Below are positions 49,908 through 59,383 of a stretch of DNA of 64,000 bases, piece by piece. The DNA is from Elainellaceae cyanobacterium (GTDB lineage Bacteria > Cyanobacteriota > Cyanobacteriia > CAKZMO01): contig JBARXP010000334.1 of the NCBI GenBank assembly GCA_049647405.1, forward strand, positions 30,412 through 94,411, read 5' to 3'. The translations under genes and the position numbers were made by a program. Each line of letters starts with the position of its first letter. The first letter of the stretch is position 1. Below the pieces are notes generated by a model. That model was given only the letters and a program-made list of their open reading frames with translations. It was not told the origin of the DNA and ran no database searches.

Positions 49908-50933
49908 TCACGATGCTTCAAGCACTGTTTTTCGCAATCCTGATTTACCCCCCGTCGTGTACCAATACTCCCATGTTCCACCCGATGCAGAGGCCCAATC
50001 ATTCAGGTTAAATGACCCGCTGCCCTCGGCTGTGCCCGCGATTCGATAAACTTTAACGGCTTGTCCATCATGATCCCAAATGAGCGGCCACCCCGGTTCA
50101 ATTTGCTCAGGCAATGATCCATTGGGCTGCAAGAAATAGGCATCCTGTCCGATTCGGGTGCCGTTGCCAAACACGGTGGCAATCCCCTTTTCATCAATGG
50201 CAATAAATGCCCCTTCATCCAGGCCAATCGCATAATGACTCAGGTGGTTTTCATTGTCATGGACGACTCGGGCAAGTAGCCCGAGAATACGACCATATCG
50301 GGTTTCAGGATTCTGCCGATTCATCCGGTCGAGGTGAGTATCAGTGAGGACTCTTTGAAGACAAGGTGTGCGAATGAAGTCGCTGCGATGGATGGTTTCC
50401 GTGTTGTAGTGAAACGGATCGTCCAGAATCTCAGAACTCAAAATACCCTGATGATCCGGAGCGTAGTAGTAATCGCCTAAGATCGCCATGCCTGCACTGG
50501 TTCCGGCAACCGGAATCTGTTTATCGTTGATCAGATAATTGATGGCATCTTCTGTTTTGGTGCCTTCCCACAACTCTTGATAGAGATTTTGGTCGCCCCC
50601 GGCGATGAACAGTGCATCTGCTTCTCGGATATAGTCATCGACCTCAGGGTGATTGGCGGCATCGTGACTATTGATCGATAGCTCTGCGGCAGAGTAAACC
50701 CAGTCTTTGTAGTTCTTCCAAATCCAATCTGCTTGTCCGCCAATTCGGCCCACCCGGAGTAAGAGATATCGTCCCCCTTTTGCACGTTCTAGGAACCAGC
50801 GAGTGGCAGCATCTTCTCCCGATTTCTCGCCTTCAGCACCGCCAATGAGCAGAATGGCCGCCTGAGGAGTTTTGGCTTCTATCGCATTGTTGCGCCCTGC
50901 GAGGTAGTAGTCGTAGTCTTTATGCTTGCCCAT
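49908..50933 (-). CDS. Peptidase S51 family protein (cyanophycinase/PepE-like) with extra C-terminal beta-rich extension
   Basis: ILLIGGAEGEK, FIAGGDQ and nucleophile motif GTSAGMAILG are present. The 341-aa length exceeds canonical CphB (about 270-300 aa). Confidence 0.6.
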   Translation of the reverse strand: MGKHKDYDYYLAGRNNAIEAKTPQAAILLIGGAEGEKSGEDAATRWFLERAKGGRYLLLRVGRIGGQADWIWKNYKDWVYSAAELSINSHDAANHPEVDDYIREADALFIAGGDQNLYQELWEGTKTEDAINYLINDKQIPVAGTSAGMAILGDYYYAPDHQGILSSEILDDPFHYNTETIHRSDFIRTPCLQRVLTDTHLDRMNRQNPETRYGRILGLLARVVHDNENHLSHYAIGLDEGAFIAIDEKGIATVFGNGTRIGQDAYFLQPNGSLPEQIEPGWPLIWDHDGQAVKVYRIAGTAEGSGSFNLNDWASASGGTWEYWYTTGGKSGLRKTVLEAS

Positions 50934-51074
50934 GAGAAATCACCCATCCCTTTCGAATAGTGAATGAAATCAGCAAAGAAAGAGGCTTGTGGCAATCGGA
51001 CGACGATATTCTCCCTCAAGTCTTCTTAAACCCAGATCCCTAACTTCGATCGCTGTCTTCACAAAGTAGCCGTC

Positions 51075-51118
51075 TTAAAAGGAAGGGTGGCTCGCAAACC
51101 ACCCTTCCTCAAAAAAAT
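51075..51118 (-). terminator. Intrinsic terminator downstream of the PAM68-like gene (10-bp stem followed by a U4 run on the minus strand)
   Basis: ggaagggtgg-N8-ccacccttcc, preceded by cttaaaa on the plus strand. Confidence 0.5.
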
Positions 51119-51151
51119 CTATTCGATTGCCTCACGACTTTGTCTGAAGGC

Positions 51152-51649
51152 TCATTTGGCTTGCTCACGCGCCTCTTTCCATGCCTCTTTCATGCGCCCC
51201 AGATTGAGAGTAAACTCATCTAAGCCCAACAGTCCACCGGGCATAGACTCATCCCAAGACGTAGAGAGCGCTCCATAGGTTAGACCCACCACACCTAGAC
51301 CAAACAGGCCGAGGCTGACCAACAAAACAGCGGTGGTCGGTAGCTCAATGCCTTGAGTTACAACAAAGTAACTCACAAAGAAACTAGAGACCCCCAAAAA
51401 GGTAGGTATACCGCAGAAAATCGCCATACGCTTCACCATACGACGACTGACCACCTCTGGAATTCTATTTGACGCAGCCCCTCTGGCCTGCTTTGGGGAA
51501 GAGGAGCGCTTGAAATTGTCTTGAGAGGCGGAAGTGGGCGGAGAAGAAGGATTTTTATCGCCCTCTTTCTCTACTTTTTTGCGGTTGCTGCTGGGCTCAA
51601 ACGGCAACCGATTCGAGTCTTGGGTGTCGTTTTGAGACTTAGATGACAT
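51152..51649 (-). CDS. PAM68-like protein (DUF3464; photosystem II assembly factor family)
   Basis: Low-complexity basic/Ser-rich N-terminus, conserved IPEVVSRRMVKRMAIFCGIPTFLG block and two TM helices; identification is from memory of the family motif. Confidence 0.55.
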   Translation of the reverse strand: MSSKSQNDTQDSNRLPFEPSSNRKKVEKEGDKNPSSPPTSASQDNFKRSSSPKQARGAASNRIPEVVSRRMVKRMAIFCGIPTFLGVSSFFVSYFVVTQGIELPTTAVLLVSLGLFGLGVVGLTYGALSTSWDESMPGGLLGLDEFTLNLGRMKEAWKEAREQAK

Positions 51650-51681
51650 GCACTTAGGCCGTAAACGAATAGGCCGCTAAA

Positions 51682-51951
51682 TTATCCACGAATTCCTAGT
51701 TTTGTAATCAGTTCTCGGTAGCGAGGCTGATCTTGCTTGAGAATATAGCTAAGCAGACGCTTGCGTCGGCCAATCATACGCAGCAGGCCGCGTCTGGAGG
51801 AAAAGTCTTTCTTATTGGTTTTCAGGTGAGAACTCAGGCGATTGATTCGCTCGGTCAACATTGCCACCTGAACATCAGCAGATCCGGTATCTGTTTCGTG
51901 GATCTGGTACTCGTTGATGATGTTTTGCTTTTGCTCTTGAACCAGTACCAT
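51682..51951 (-). CDS. rpsO: 30S ribosomal protein S15
   Basis: 89 aa with a canonical S15 sequence ([23 protein letters not shown]...). Confidence 0.9.
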   Translation of the reverse strand: MVLVQEQKQNIINEYQIHETDTGSADVQVAMLTERINRLSSHLKTNKKDFSSRRGLLRMIGRRKRLLSYILKQDQPRYRELITKLGIRG

Positions 51952-52023
51952 GAGCTACTTTTATCCCGTGTCTCTAAAATATCTTGTGCAGTCTATTATG
52001 TTATCACAGTTGCTTTTGAAGGA

Positions 52024-52650
52024 TCATCGACTTAGCCAAGCGATCGCCTCTCGAATCCAACTTTCTGCGTCGTCGATTTTAGAGAGTGCTTGCGTTTGAC
52101 CCACCGCTTGGAGAGCCTGAGCAATTTCTTGAGGGCTGTAACCCAGGGCAATCAGGGTGATTTCGACATCTTCTTGCACTGTCCCGACCGGATTTGCATC
52201 TGGGGTCGTGGTCAACCCAGCTTGCTGCCTCCATTCTGCCAGCTTGGTGCGAAGTTCTAGGGAAATGCGCTCTGCGGTCTTTGGGCCTACCCCTGGAGTT
52301 CGCGAGAGCAGGCGGGTGTTGCCGTTGACGATGGCCTGCACCAGTTCTTTTAGCTCTAAGGTATCGAGCAGGGCGATCGCCAACTGAGGGCCAATGCCGC
52401 TCACTGCAATCAGTTGACGAAACAAATCTCGCTCAGCCAGAGAGGCAAAGCCAAAAATAATCATCTGATCTTCGCGCAAATAAAGATGAGTAAAGATTTG
52501 CGTCGTTTCTCCAATGACAGGGAGCGATGACACCATGCGAGGCAAAATTTGCAGCTCGTAGCCGATAGAGTTCACCTCAAGGGTGAGCATGACTCGCCCC
52601 GCACTGATTTTTTGAATGCCTGCAACAGTACCCCGAAAGTAGCTATACAT
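52024..52650 (-). CDS. ruvA: Holliday junction DNA helicase RuvA
   Basis: 208 aa with an OB domain, an HhH pair (LIAVSGIGPQLAIALL...LSRTPGVGPKTAERI) and C-terminal domain III. Confidence 0.9.
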   Translation of the reverse strand: MYSYFRGTVAGIQKISAGRVMLTLEVNSIGYELQILPRMVSSLPVIGETTQIFTHLYLREDQMIIFGFASLAERDLFRQLIAVSGIGPQLAIALLDTLELKELVQAIVNGNTRLLSRTPGVGPKTAERISLELRTKLAEWRQQAGLTTTPDANPVGTVQEDVEITLIALGYSPQEIAQALQAVGQTQALSKIDDAESWIREAIAWLSR

Positions 52651-52802
52651 GGGCGATTGAATTCAAGAATTGGAATGAATGGCTGGAGAAGAACATGGGG
52701 CTCTGAGTTGAGCAACATGCAGAGAAATGGTATCTCATGAATAGCGAAATGGGCGTTGTCTTGCCTGGGCGTAGCCCGTATCGCTCAGTCAAAGCAATCA
52801 CA

Positions 52803-52891
52803 GGACTTACGCAGTTTGTTGAAAGGGTGGGCGCGTCGCGCCCACCCTTTCAACGAGTTTATTCAGGTTTAGGCGAGTTGTGCGTAAGTCC
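52803..52891. repeat. About 88-bp nested-palindrome repeat element, copy B (family shared with 11445-11532)
   Basis: Outer inverted repeat caggacttacgca / tgcgtaagtcctg; inner perfect 18-bp stem gttgaaagggtgggcgcg / cgcgcccaccctttcaac; same spacer as copy A. Confidence 0.7.
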
Positions 52892-52920
52892 TGAATCAGT
52901 CAAAGCAATCGGTTAGAGGA

Positions 52921-53355
52921 ATGCAGAGTTTTCCAAAAGTAAGGCTGATTGCAGTCGGCAAAGTAAAGAAACGCTGGATTCAAGACGGCGTCGCGACCTA
53001 TGCCAAGCGAGTGCCTGAGCTAGACATTGTAGAAATCAAAGACTCGACTCCCGCAGGCGAAGCCGCAAAGATTTTAGCCATAACGAAATCGGGCGATCGC
53101 CTCATCGTTCTCACAGAAGAAGGTCGTTCCTATTCTTCAACCCAACTGGCGGCGCTGGTCGGCGGTGCTGATTCTGGTTCTTTGGTTTTTGTCATCGGTG
53201 GCCCCGAGGGCATTGATGGGTCGCTGAAACAGGCCGCGACTGGATTACTGAGCCTTTCCGCCATGACCTTTCCTCACGAACTGGCTCGGCTACTGTTGAT
53301 TGAACAGCTTTATCGAGCCAAAACGATTCTTCAAAACGGCAGTTATCATAAGTGA
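52921..53355 (+). CDS. rlmH: 23S rRNA (pseudouridine1915-N3)-methyltransferase RlmH (SPOUT)
   Basis: 144 aa, YbeA/RlmH family (VRLIAVGKVKKRW...DRLIVLTEEG...VFVIGGPEG). Confidence 0.85.
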   Translation: MQSFPKVRLIAVGKVKKRWIQDGVATYAKRVPELDIVEIKDSTPAGEAAKILAITKSGDRLIVLTEEGRSYSSTQLAALVGGADSGSLVFVIGGPEGIDGSLKQAATGLLSLSAMTFPHELARLLLIEQLYRAKTILQNGSYHK

Positions 53356-53947
53356 GTTCTGATTGGAATTAGTGTACGAAGACGGGATATCTGAGTCTTA
53401 AACTCAGATATCCTATGACTAGCACCAACGTTCCCAACTTGGTGACCCTCGTCCGATGATTGGTAACAATCACAGGTGCTTCCTCATCAACGAAAACAAC
53501 CCGGTGTTTCCGCAAAATAAAGCAATAGTGAGGTATTCACTATTGCTTTATTCACGGACTATCTCCGATTTAGGCGATAAAGGCTTTATTTGTGAGGACT
53601 GGCAAGTGCTATTGGAAGCTCGCACAGGCAATCGTTGCTAGACCATGAAACAAAAGAACCAAGCGCAAACAATACCATCCTGAGTTGAATCTCTTGATTA
53701 CTGGGCTGATACAGCACATTGAGGGAGTCTTCCGCTAACTCCAGAATACGGGGAGCAACTCTAAACGCTTACTCAATAAGACTATTGGCGGTTTTTGTGT
53801 CTACATCGCGACCAAAATGTCGAGCCACCCGTTACGGCGGTTACTCAAACAACGATTCGGTATTGATGGGCGGACTTTTCACTACACTTGATTGGGTTTG
53901 TAAAGTAGTGTGTGTCAAACTCGGCCCAGCCTTCCATCCGGACTAAG

Positions 53948-54364
53948 TTAATCAAAAAAACATGATACATAAGGACCGAAAACCCAACCCCATGAATGAA
54001 TGGAATCCCCTACAAGAACCCAGTGTCTATCTTGAGCATCATAAGCAACTCTATAAGGAAGAACTCGTCTACCGTTAGACAAGGTTGTTACGATTGTCGA
54101 GCCATTAGGCGTTGATCGGACATTTAGAGGAGTACCTGTAGGATCGGTTACTTCGCAAGAAATCGATCTTGGAGATTGTTCAGCACTCGTTGCATCAGAA
54201 CTTGTGTCGAACATTGAACGTAAAACTTGCCGTGTAGCTTCTGAACCCAGCTCTTGAAAAAGTCCCTCTACAAAAGCATTCCAACGTTGTTGTGCATTTA
54301 CGGAACCAGCATTAAGGCTTAGAACAAGAGTGAGATATGCAACACCAGCAAAAAACTTTTTCAT
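53948..54364 (-). CDS. Secreted bacterial SH3 (SH3b)-domain protein, low GC
   Basis: Signal peptide (MKKFFAGVAYLTLVLSLNAGSVNA), a C-terminal SH3b-like block (PLNVRSTPNGSTIVTTLSNGRRV...HWVLVGDSIHSWGWVF) and a Cys pair. GC is markedly below neighbouring genes. Confidence 0.55.
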   Translation of the reverse strand: MKKFFAGVAYLTLVLSLNAGSVNAQQRWNAFVEGLFQELGSEATRQVLRSMFDTSSDATSAEQSPRSISCEVTDPTGTPLNVRSTPNGSTIVTTLSNGRRVLPYRVAYDAQDRHWVLVGDSIHSWGWVFGPYVSCFFD

Positions 54365-54659
54365 GTTTCAGTTCTCTATCAATCCAGAAATATCTTCCGC
54401 CATAGCAAACAAATATTTTTGATTGAGACAAAATATTTGTGATTTGTATGTATCTACCTATGTGTTCAGAGTCAAATGTACTGAACAATATCCTAGATTT
54501 ACATACTAATACAGCTAATCTGCTGGATGATACCTGATTTTTCAGGATTTATCCAGCACACTTGAATTAATTCTATGGTTTGGGAGTGTTAGCTATGAGT
54601 TTTGAATTCATCACTTGAAGCAATACGAGTGGAATTTCTAACGATCTCGGAATAGGCCA

Positions 54660-55724
54660 GTGACCATGCTGCTGAGGAAACAATCTGTGGTGATCATTGC
54701 GAGTTTGTTGTTGGGATTGCCGCTCGTGGCGATCGCCCTATTTTTCCTGTGGGCATCGTCGGGCACGCGATCGCCGGATGAGTATGAAGCCGTTGTCTCC
54801 TACCGCGATACCGTGGCTGAGCCGAATGTGGCTGAGGTGAATCCGAACTCCATCACCATCGCCACGTACAACATTGGTTATTTATCAGGACTGACAAACA
54901 ATCTCGCGGTAGAGCGGCAAGCCGAACTGTTTGAAACCAACTTGCAGCAGGCGATCGCCACCTTTGCACCACTCCAGCCTGATATTCTGGCGCTCCAAGA
55001 AGTAGACTTTGGGGCACGCCGCTCGTTCTATCAAAATCAGGCGGAGGCTGTCGCTCAGGCATTGGGGTTTACAACCGGGGCGATCGCCATCAACTGGGAT
55101 AAACGCTACGTCCCCTTCCCTTACTGGCCGCCCTCGACTCACTTTGGTCAGGTCGTTTCGGGGCAGGCCGTGCTGACGCGATTCCCCGTTCAGAACAATC
55201 TTCGAGTGGTGCTGCAAAAGGTTGCTGGCAAGCCGTTTTTCTACAACGCGCTGTATTTGGATCGCCTTGCCCAAATCACCGCTCTGGAGGTCGCAGGGCA
55301 GCGGCTCGTCATCATCAACGTGCATCTGGAAGCATTTGATGAACCTACTCGCCGCCAGCAAACCGAAACCGTGCGATCGTTTGTCGAATTCTACGGCGAT
55401 GAGGTTCCTATCATCTTGCTGGGAGACTTTAACAGCGTGCCGCCTGATTCGGAATCGCCAAATTCAACGATTCAGACCATTTTGGAGATGCCTGCTCTGA
55501 AGCCCGCTTTTGCTGAAGAAATTCGAGCGTATTCCACATCAGGTGCATCAGGAAATGAGGCAGGGGCGATCGCCACGTTTCCCTCAGATCAGCCTGTTGC
55601 CAAGCTGGACTATATTTTTTACACGCCCAGTCATATTGAAGCTCTAAACTGGCGAATCGTCAGCGAAGCGGAGCAAGCATCGGATCATTTGCCCCTCGTG
55701 ATGGAATTTCGACTGCGCCGCTGA
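54660..55724 (+). CDS. Endonuclease/exonuclease/phosphatase (EEP) family protein with N-terminal membrane anchor
   Basis: TM helix followed by an EEP fold with the catalytic context ILALQEVDF and C-terminal SDHLPLVMEF. Confidence 0.7.
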   Translation: MTMLLRKQSVVIIASLLLGLPLVAIALFFLWASSGTRSPDEYEAVVSYRDTVAEPNVAEVNPNSITIATYNIGYLSGLTNNLAVERQAELFETNLQQAIATFAPLQPDILALQEVDFGARRSFYQNQAEAVAQALGFTTGAIAINWDKRYVPFPYWPPSTHFGQVVSGQAVLTRFPVQNNLRVVLQKVAGKPFFYNALYLDRLAQITALEVAGQRLVIINVHLEAFDEPTRRQQTETVRSFVEFYGDEVPIILLGDFNSVPPDSESPNSTIQTILEMPALKPAFAEEIRAYSTSGASGNEAGAIATFPSDQPVAKLDYIFYTPSHIEALNWRIVSEAEQASDHLPLVMEFRLRR

Positions 55725-55871
55725 TTTTGTCCGTCAGTTTTGCAAGATAACTGCTAAATATTCCTTCACACAAATTTTTTCTTAACTTGCTAATGTTGCC
55801 TGGGGTTCTTGGGTTGTTTCTCCGACACTAAAGACAGTTCAACCAACCCCACACAAAAAGGAGCCGGAACG

Positions 55872-56135
55872 ATGAAGTATGTTTTTACTGCTTTGATTAC
55901 CACTGCGGCGCTTGCTGCTTTCACTGGCCCCGCATCGGCATTGAGCGATCGCCAGTCTGAAGAATTTTACGAAGGACTTGGCAATAAGCTTTCAGAGCGC
56001 CAGTCTGAAGAATTTTATGACGGACTCGGCAATAAGCTTTCAGAGCGCCAGTCTGAAGAGTTTTATGAAGGACTCGGCAATAAGGTCAACGACAACTTCT
56101 GGAATAATTTTGACTCTGGCCTCGACAATCAGTAA
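55872..56135 (+). CDS. Small secreted protein with 3 x 19-aa tandem repeat (SERQSEEFY[ED]GLGNKL)
   Basis: Strong SD (aaggag) 8 nt upstream of ATG 55872; signal peptide MKYVFTALITTAALAAFTGPASA; three near-identical 57-bp DNA repeats; followed by a terminator. Confidence 0.55.
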   Translation: MKYVFTALITTAALAAFTGPASALSDRQSEEFYEGLGNKLSERQSEEFYDGLGNKLSERQSEEFYEGLGNKVNDNFWNNFDSGLDNQ

Positions 56136-56172
56136 TTCACATTCTCTTCTACTTTTTTCTTACTTCTAGCGT

Positions 56173-56259
56173 TGCCTTGCCAGATTTAAAGTTTAGTCAA
56201 CCCGATGTCTTCTTACCCCAAGAGACCGATGACTGAATCCACTGGCAAGGCATTTTTTT
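56173..56259 (+). terminator. Rho-independent terminator after the repeat-peptide gene (11-bp stem, long loop, T7 run)
   Basis: tgccttgccag ... ctggcaaggca followed by ttttttt. Confidence 0.55.
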
Positions 56260-56515
56260 GATCCAACCCCTGCTGTGGGGCTGACCTCAAACCTAGAACT
56301 TATCCCAAACACAGAATATTACCCTGCATCAAGATTGAGGAACGACCCATGAGAACTTCTTCTGATTCTCATCTCTACAGCGATGGCGACCCAAAACTAA
56401 AGCAACGGAGTCACCGATTGGGTATGGGCGCTTTTCCGAGAACTCCTATCGCTTCGCATCTCGCTGCACAATATGGTTTTGGACGGCACAAACGAATCAA
56501 TGAGTGCCGGTAGGA

Positions 56516-59383
56516 TTAGCTGCCAGAATGTGGCGTGCTTGTCTCTTGAGTCAAATTCATGATGTGCTCAAATTGCAGCATTTCCGTTAACTCGACGAGC
56601 GATCGCCTTAAATCATCGCGATCAGACCCTAGTCTCTGAATCAACGCCAAAAGCTGCTCCTCATTCGCCTCAGAGGCGGCTTGGTGGACTAGACGCTGCC
56701 AGTCAAGGGGTTGAGTGGCGATCGCCTCAGTCAGTGCCCCGCTTTCTAGAAGATTGGGTGCTGGAGCTGTCTCTGCGATGCTCGATTCTAGAGTTTCATA
56801 GGTGTAGCTCAGTCCCAGCCGTTGACCGATTTTCTCTAATAGGGCGTCGGCCTGAAACGGCTTACGGATAAAGTCGTCGCAGCCTGCGGCCAAGACCGTT
56901 TCTCGTTCTTCTTCAAAGGCGCTGGCCGTCAGCGCGAGGATGACCGTGGGCGGAATTTGGAGTTCAGAATTTGGAGTTTGGAGTTCGGAGTCTGGGTCTT
57001 GGGAGCTTGGGAGGGTTAAAAAGGAAGCTTGACTCTCCATCGTTCGGATGTGCTGGGCGGCTTCGTAGCCGTCCATGATGGGCATCCGCATGTCCATCAA
57101 AATCAGGTGGGGGCGAGTGGCTTGCCACTGCTGAACCGCTGCCTCACCATTGGCAGCGGTGGTCACTTCAAAACCCAGGGGATGCAGCAGTTTGACTAAG
57201 AGTTGAACATTTTCTGCAACATCATCGACCACCAAAATCCGGTAAGTGGGCTGATCGGGGGCGATACCTGTAATGGTTGGCTGGGGAAGAAGAGGCTGAC
57301 TGTTGCCCGTGGTCAGCCGCACTGGGATTTCGAAGAAAAAGGTGCTGCCTTGGCCGACCTGACTCTCAACCTGGAGATCGGAACCCAGCAACTGGATAAA
57401 CTGACGACTGATCGGCAAGCCTAATCCCGTTCCTTCTTTCGCCTGTTTGCCCGCTTCAGTTTGGCCGAAGGCGGCAAATAGCTCGTCTTGCTCTTCGGCA
57501 GCGATGCCAAAGCCAGTATCAATGACTTCAAATCGCAATCGTTGAATGTCTGCTTCGACTGAGGATTTTACAGGCATATCCTCCGTGGATTCGTCTGCGC
57601 GTTCGACAGGGGCGACTTTGAGCGTAACGCTGCCCGTCGTGGTGAACTTGATCGCGTTGCTCAACAGGTTAATTAGCACTTGCTGTAGTTTGCGTTCATC
57701 GACGATGACATGGCGGGGTAAAACAGAGGATTGGAGCACCTGAAACTCTAGTCCTTTGTCGTTAGCCTTGAGGTGCAACATCGCTTCTAGACCTCGGAGG
57801 AGATCATAAAGGTCAGTTTGAGTCTCGTTGAGGGTGACGCGTCCGGCCTCGATTTTGGCCATTTCTAGCACATCGTTAATCAAATTCAGCAGGTGTGTGC
57901 CGCTGCGGTTGATGATGCGGAGGCTATCGCGATCGTCGGGGCCAACACCAGGACGACGTTCCATGAGTTGTGAAAAGCCCAAAATAGCGTTGAGGGGAGT
58001 CCGCAGTTCGTGGCTCATGTTGGCTAAAAACTCGCTCTTCGCCTGGTTTGCCGAGTCGGCCTCTTCTTTCGCAATTTGCAGCTCAGCCGTTCTCTCTTCG
58101 ACACGGATTTCGAGGTCTTCGTTGGTGCGCTCTAGAGCCGAAAACGATTCTTGCAGCTGGGACGCCATTTGGTTGAAGGAACCGGATAATCCGGCCAGTT
58201 CATCAATGCCCTCGACTTCAACGCGCTGGTCAAATTCACCGCTGGCGATCGCCTCTGACGAGTTTCGCAAGCGCTTAATCGGGCGACTAATCCACTGGGA
58301 GGTGAGAATGCCGAGGGTGCTCGCCAATCCCAGAGCCCCTAGGCAGAGCAAAATGGTCGTGCGAGTGTTGGCGTTAATTTGCGCCATAAAGTCAGACTCG
58401 GGCACGGCGACTACAATCAGCCATTCCAAACCTCGACCATCGCTCAAGGGGGTGACTTGCAGAAATTGGCGATCGCCCTCAATTTCAAAGTCGAGCTGAG
58501 CTGACTGGTCGATTTGAGTAAAGTCTCCAAAGCGATCGAGCAAGGCTTGGGCGGCGTTTTGGGTGAGTGGGTTTTGGCTGTCGGTCGCATTAATCCGTTC
58601 GGTGCGATCGCCCTCTCCAATAAAGGCTGGGTCAGGTGTCGAAGTGCTGACTAGGGCACCATCCCGCTCGATGATAAACACTTGTCCCGTTTGTCCCACC
58701 TGAAACGTGCGGAGAAACTGATTCACCTGCTCACCACAGAGAAACGCTGTGCCCAGCACCCCCTGAAAATTGCCCTGGCTGTCATAGATGGGCTCTGCGG
58801 CGCTCAGCGCCAGCCCCCCATCGGCAGACACATAGATCGGACTCCAGACGGGTTCGCCGAGATCCAACGCCGCCTGATACCAAGGGCGGACTCGTGTATC
58901 GAGAGGCGTGCCAATTTCGGGCTGTTCCTGGCGCTGCCCCTGATCATCCGCTGGATAGTAATACACGTCGCCTGTGGGCTGAGGCTGATAAATCACGTCA
59001 ATCTGCTCTTTGCCATTGGGTAGCCGTCTTGCGCCGATGTATTCTCCCTCTGGTGATCCAATAAAGGTGTGGGTCACTTGGGGAAAGGTTTTGATCTGCT
59101 GCCAAAAGTAGCGCTCGCGGCTGGGCACATCTTGAAGGTCGAGCTGACCACTGGCGATCGCATTGGCGTTGAGCTGATTAATCAGGTGAGGCACTTCCAT
59201 GCCGTCGCGGAGACGGTCTTGCACTCGGGTCGCCACTTCATCACGCAGCTGAGCCGCGACATCATTGACGGCTTCTCGCCCATTGCGGATCGACAGCCAA
59301 CCCGTTAAGCCCACGGCGGCAAAGATTTCAAGAATAAACGGGACGACTAAGATCAGTCGCAGCGGGACACGGCGTATAGACAT
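56516..59383 (-). CDS. Hybrid sensor histidine kinase (2 TM, Cache-like sensor, HAMP, HisKA/HATPase, REC and C-terminal helical domain)
   Basis: 955 aa with H-box [17 protein letters not shown], a G-box, a REC domain ([16 protein letters not shown]) and a Ser/Pro-rich repeat linker. Its start overlaps the upstream gene's stop (TAATG). Confidence 0.85.
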   Translation of the reverse strand: MSIRRVPLRLILVVPFILEIFAAVGLTGWLSIRNGREAVNDVAAQLRDEVATRVQDRLRDGMEVPHLINQLNANAIASGQLDLQDVPSRERYFWQQIKTFPQVTHTFIGSPEGEYIGARRLPNGKEQIDVIYQPQPTGDVYYYPADDQGQRQEQPEIGTPLDTRVRPWYQAALDLGEPVWSPIYVSADGGLALSAAEPIYDSQGNFQGVLGTAFLCGEQVNQFLRTFQVGQTGQVFIIERDGALVSTSTPDPAFIGEGDRTERINATDSQNPLTQNAAQALLDRFGDFTQIDQSAQLDFEIEGDRQFLQVTPLSDGRGLEWLIVVAVPESDFMAQINANTRTTILLCLGALGLASTLGILTSQWISRPIKRLRNSSEAIASGEFDQRVEVEGIDELAGLSGSFNQMASQLQESFSALERTNEDLEIRVEERTAELQIAKEEADSANQAKSEFLANMSHELRTPLNAILGFSQLMERRPGVGPDDRDSLRIINRSGTHLLNLINDVLEMAKIEAGRVTLNETQTDLYDLLRGLEAMLHLKANDKGLEFQVLQSSVLPRHVIVDERKLQQVLINLLSNAIKFTTTGSVTLKVAPVERADESTEDMPVKSSVEADIQRLRFEVIDTGFGIAAEEQDELFAAFGQTEAGKQAKEGTGLGLPISRQFIQLLGSDLQVESQVGQGSTFFFEIPVRLTTGNSQPLLPQPTITGIAPDQPTYRILVVDDVAENVQLLVKLLHPLGFEVTTAANGEAAVQQWQATRPHLILMDMRMPIMDGYEAAQHIRTMESQASFLTLPSSQDPDSELQTPNSELQIPPTVILALTASAFEEERETVLAAGCDDFIRKPFQADALLEKIGQRLGLSYTYETLESSIAETAPAPNLLESGALTEAIATQPLDWQRLVHQAASEANEEQLLALIQRLGSDRDDLRRSLVELTEMLQFEHIMNLTQETSTPHSGS

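Noticed and set aside
56349-56513. 54-codon basic ORF with a GAGGA RBS downstream of the hybrid-kinase 3' end
   Set aside because: The RBS is decent, but the product is an Arg/Ser-rich peptide without TM or motif content and the ORF is convergent with the kinase gene, so I cannot distinguish it from noise.
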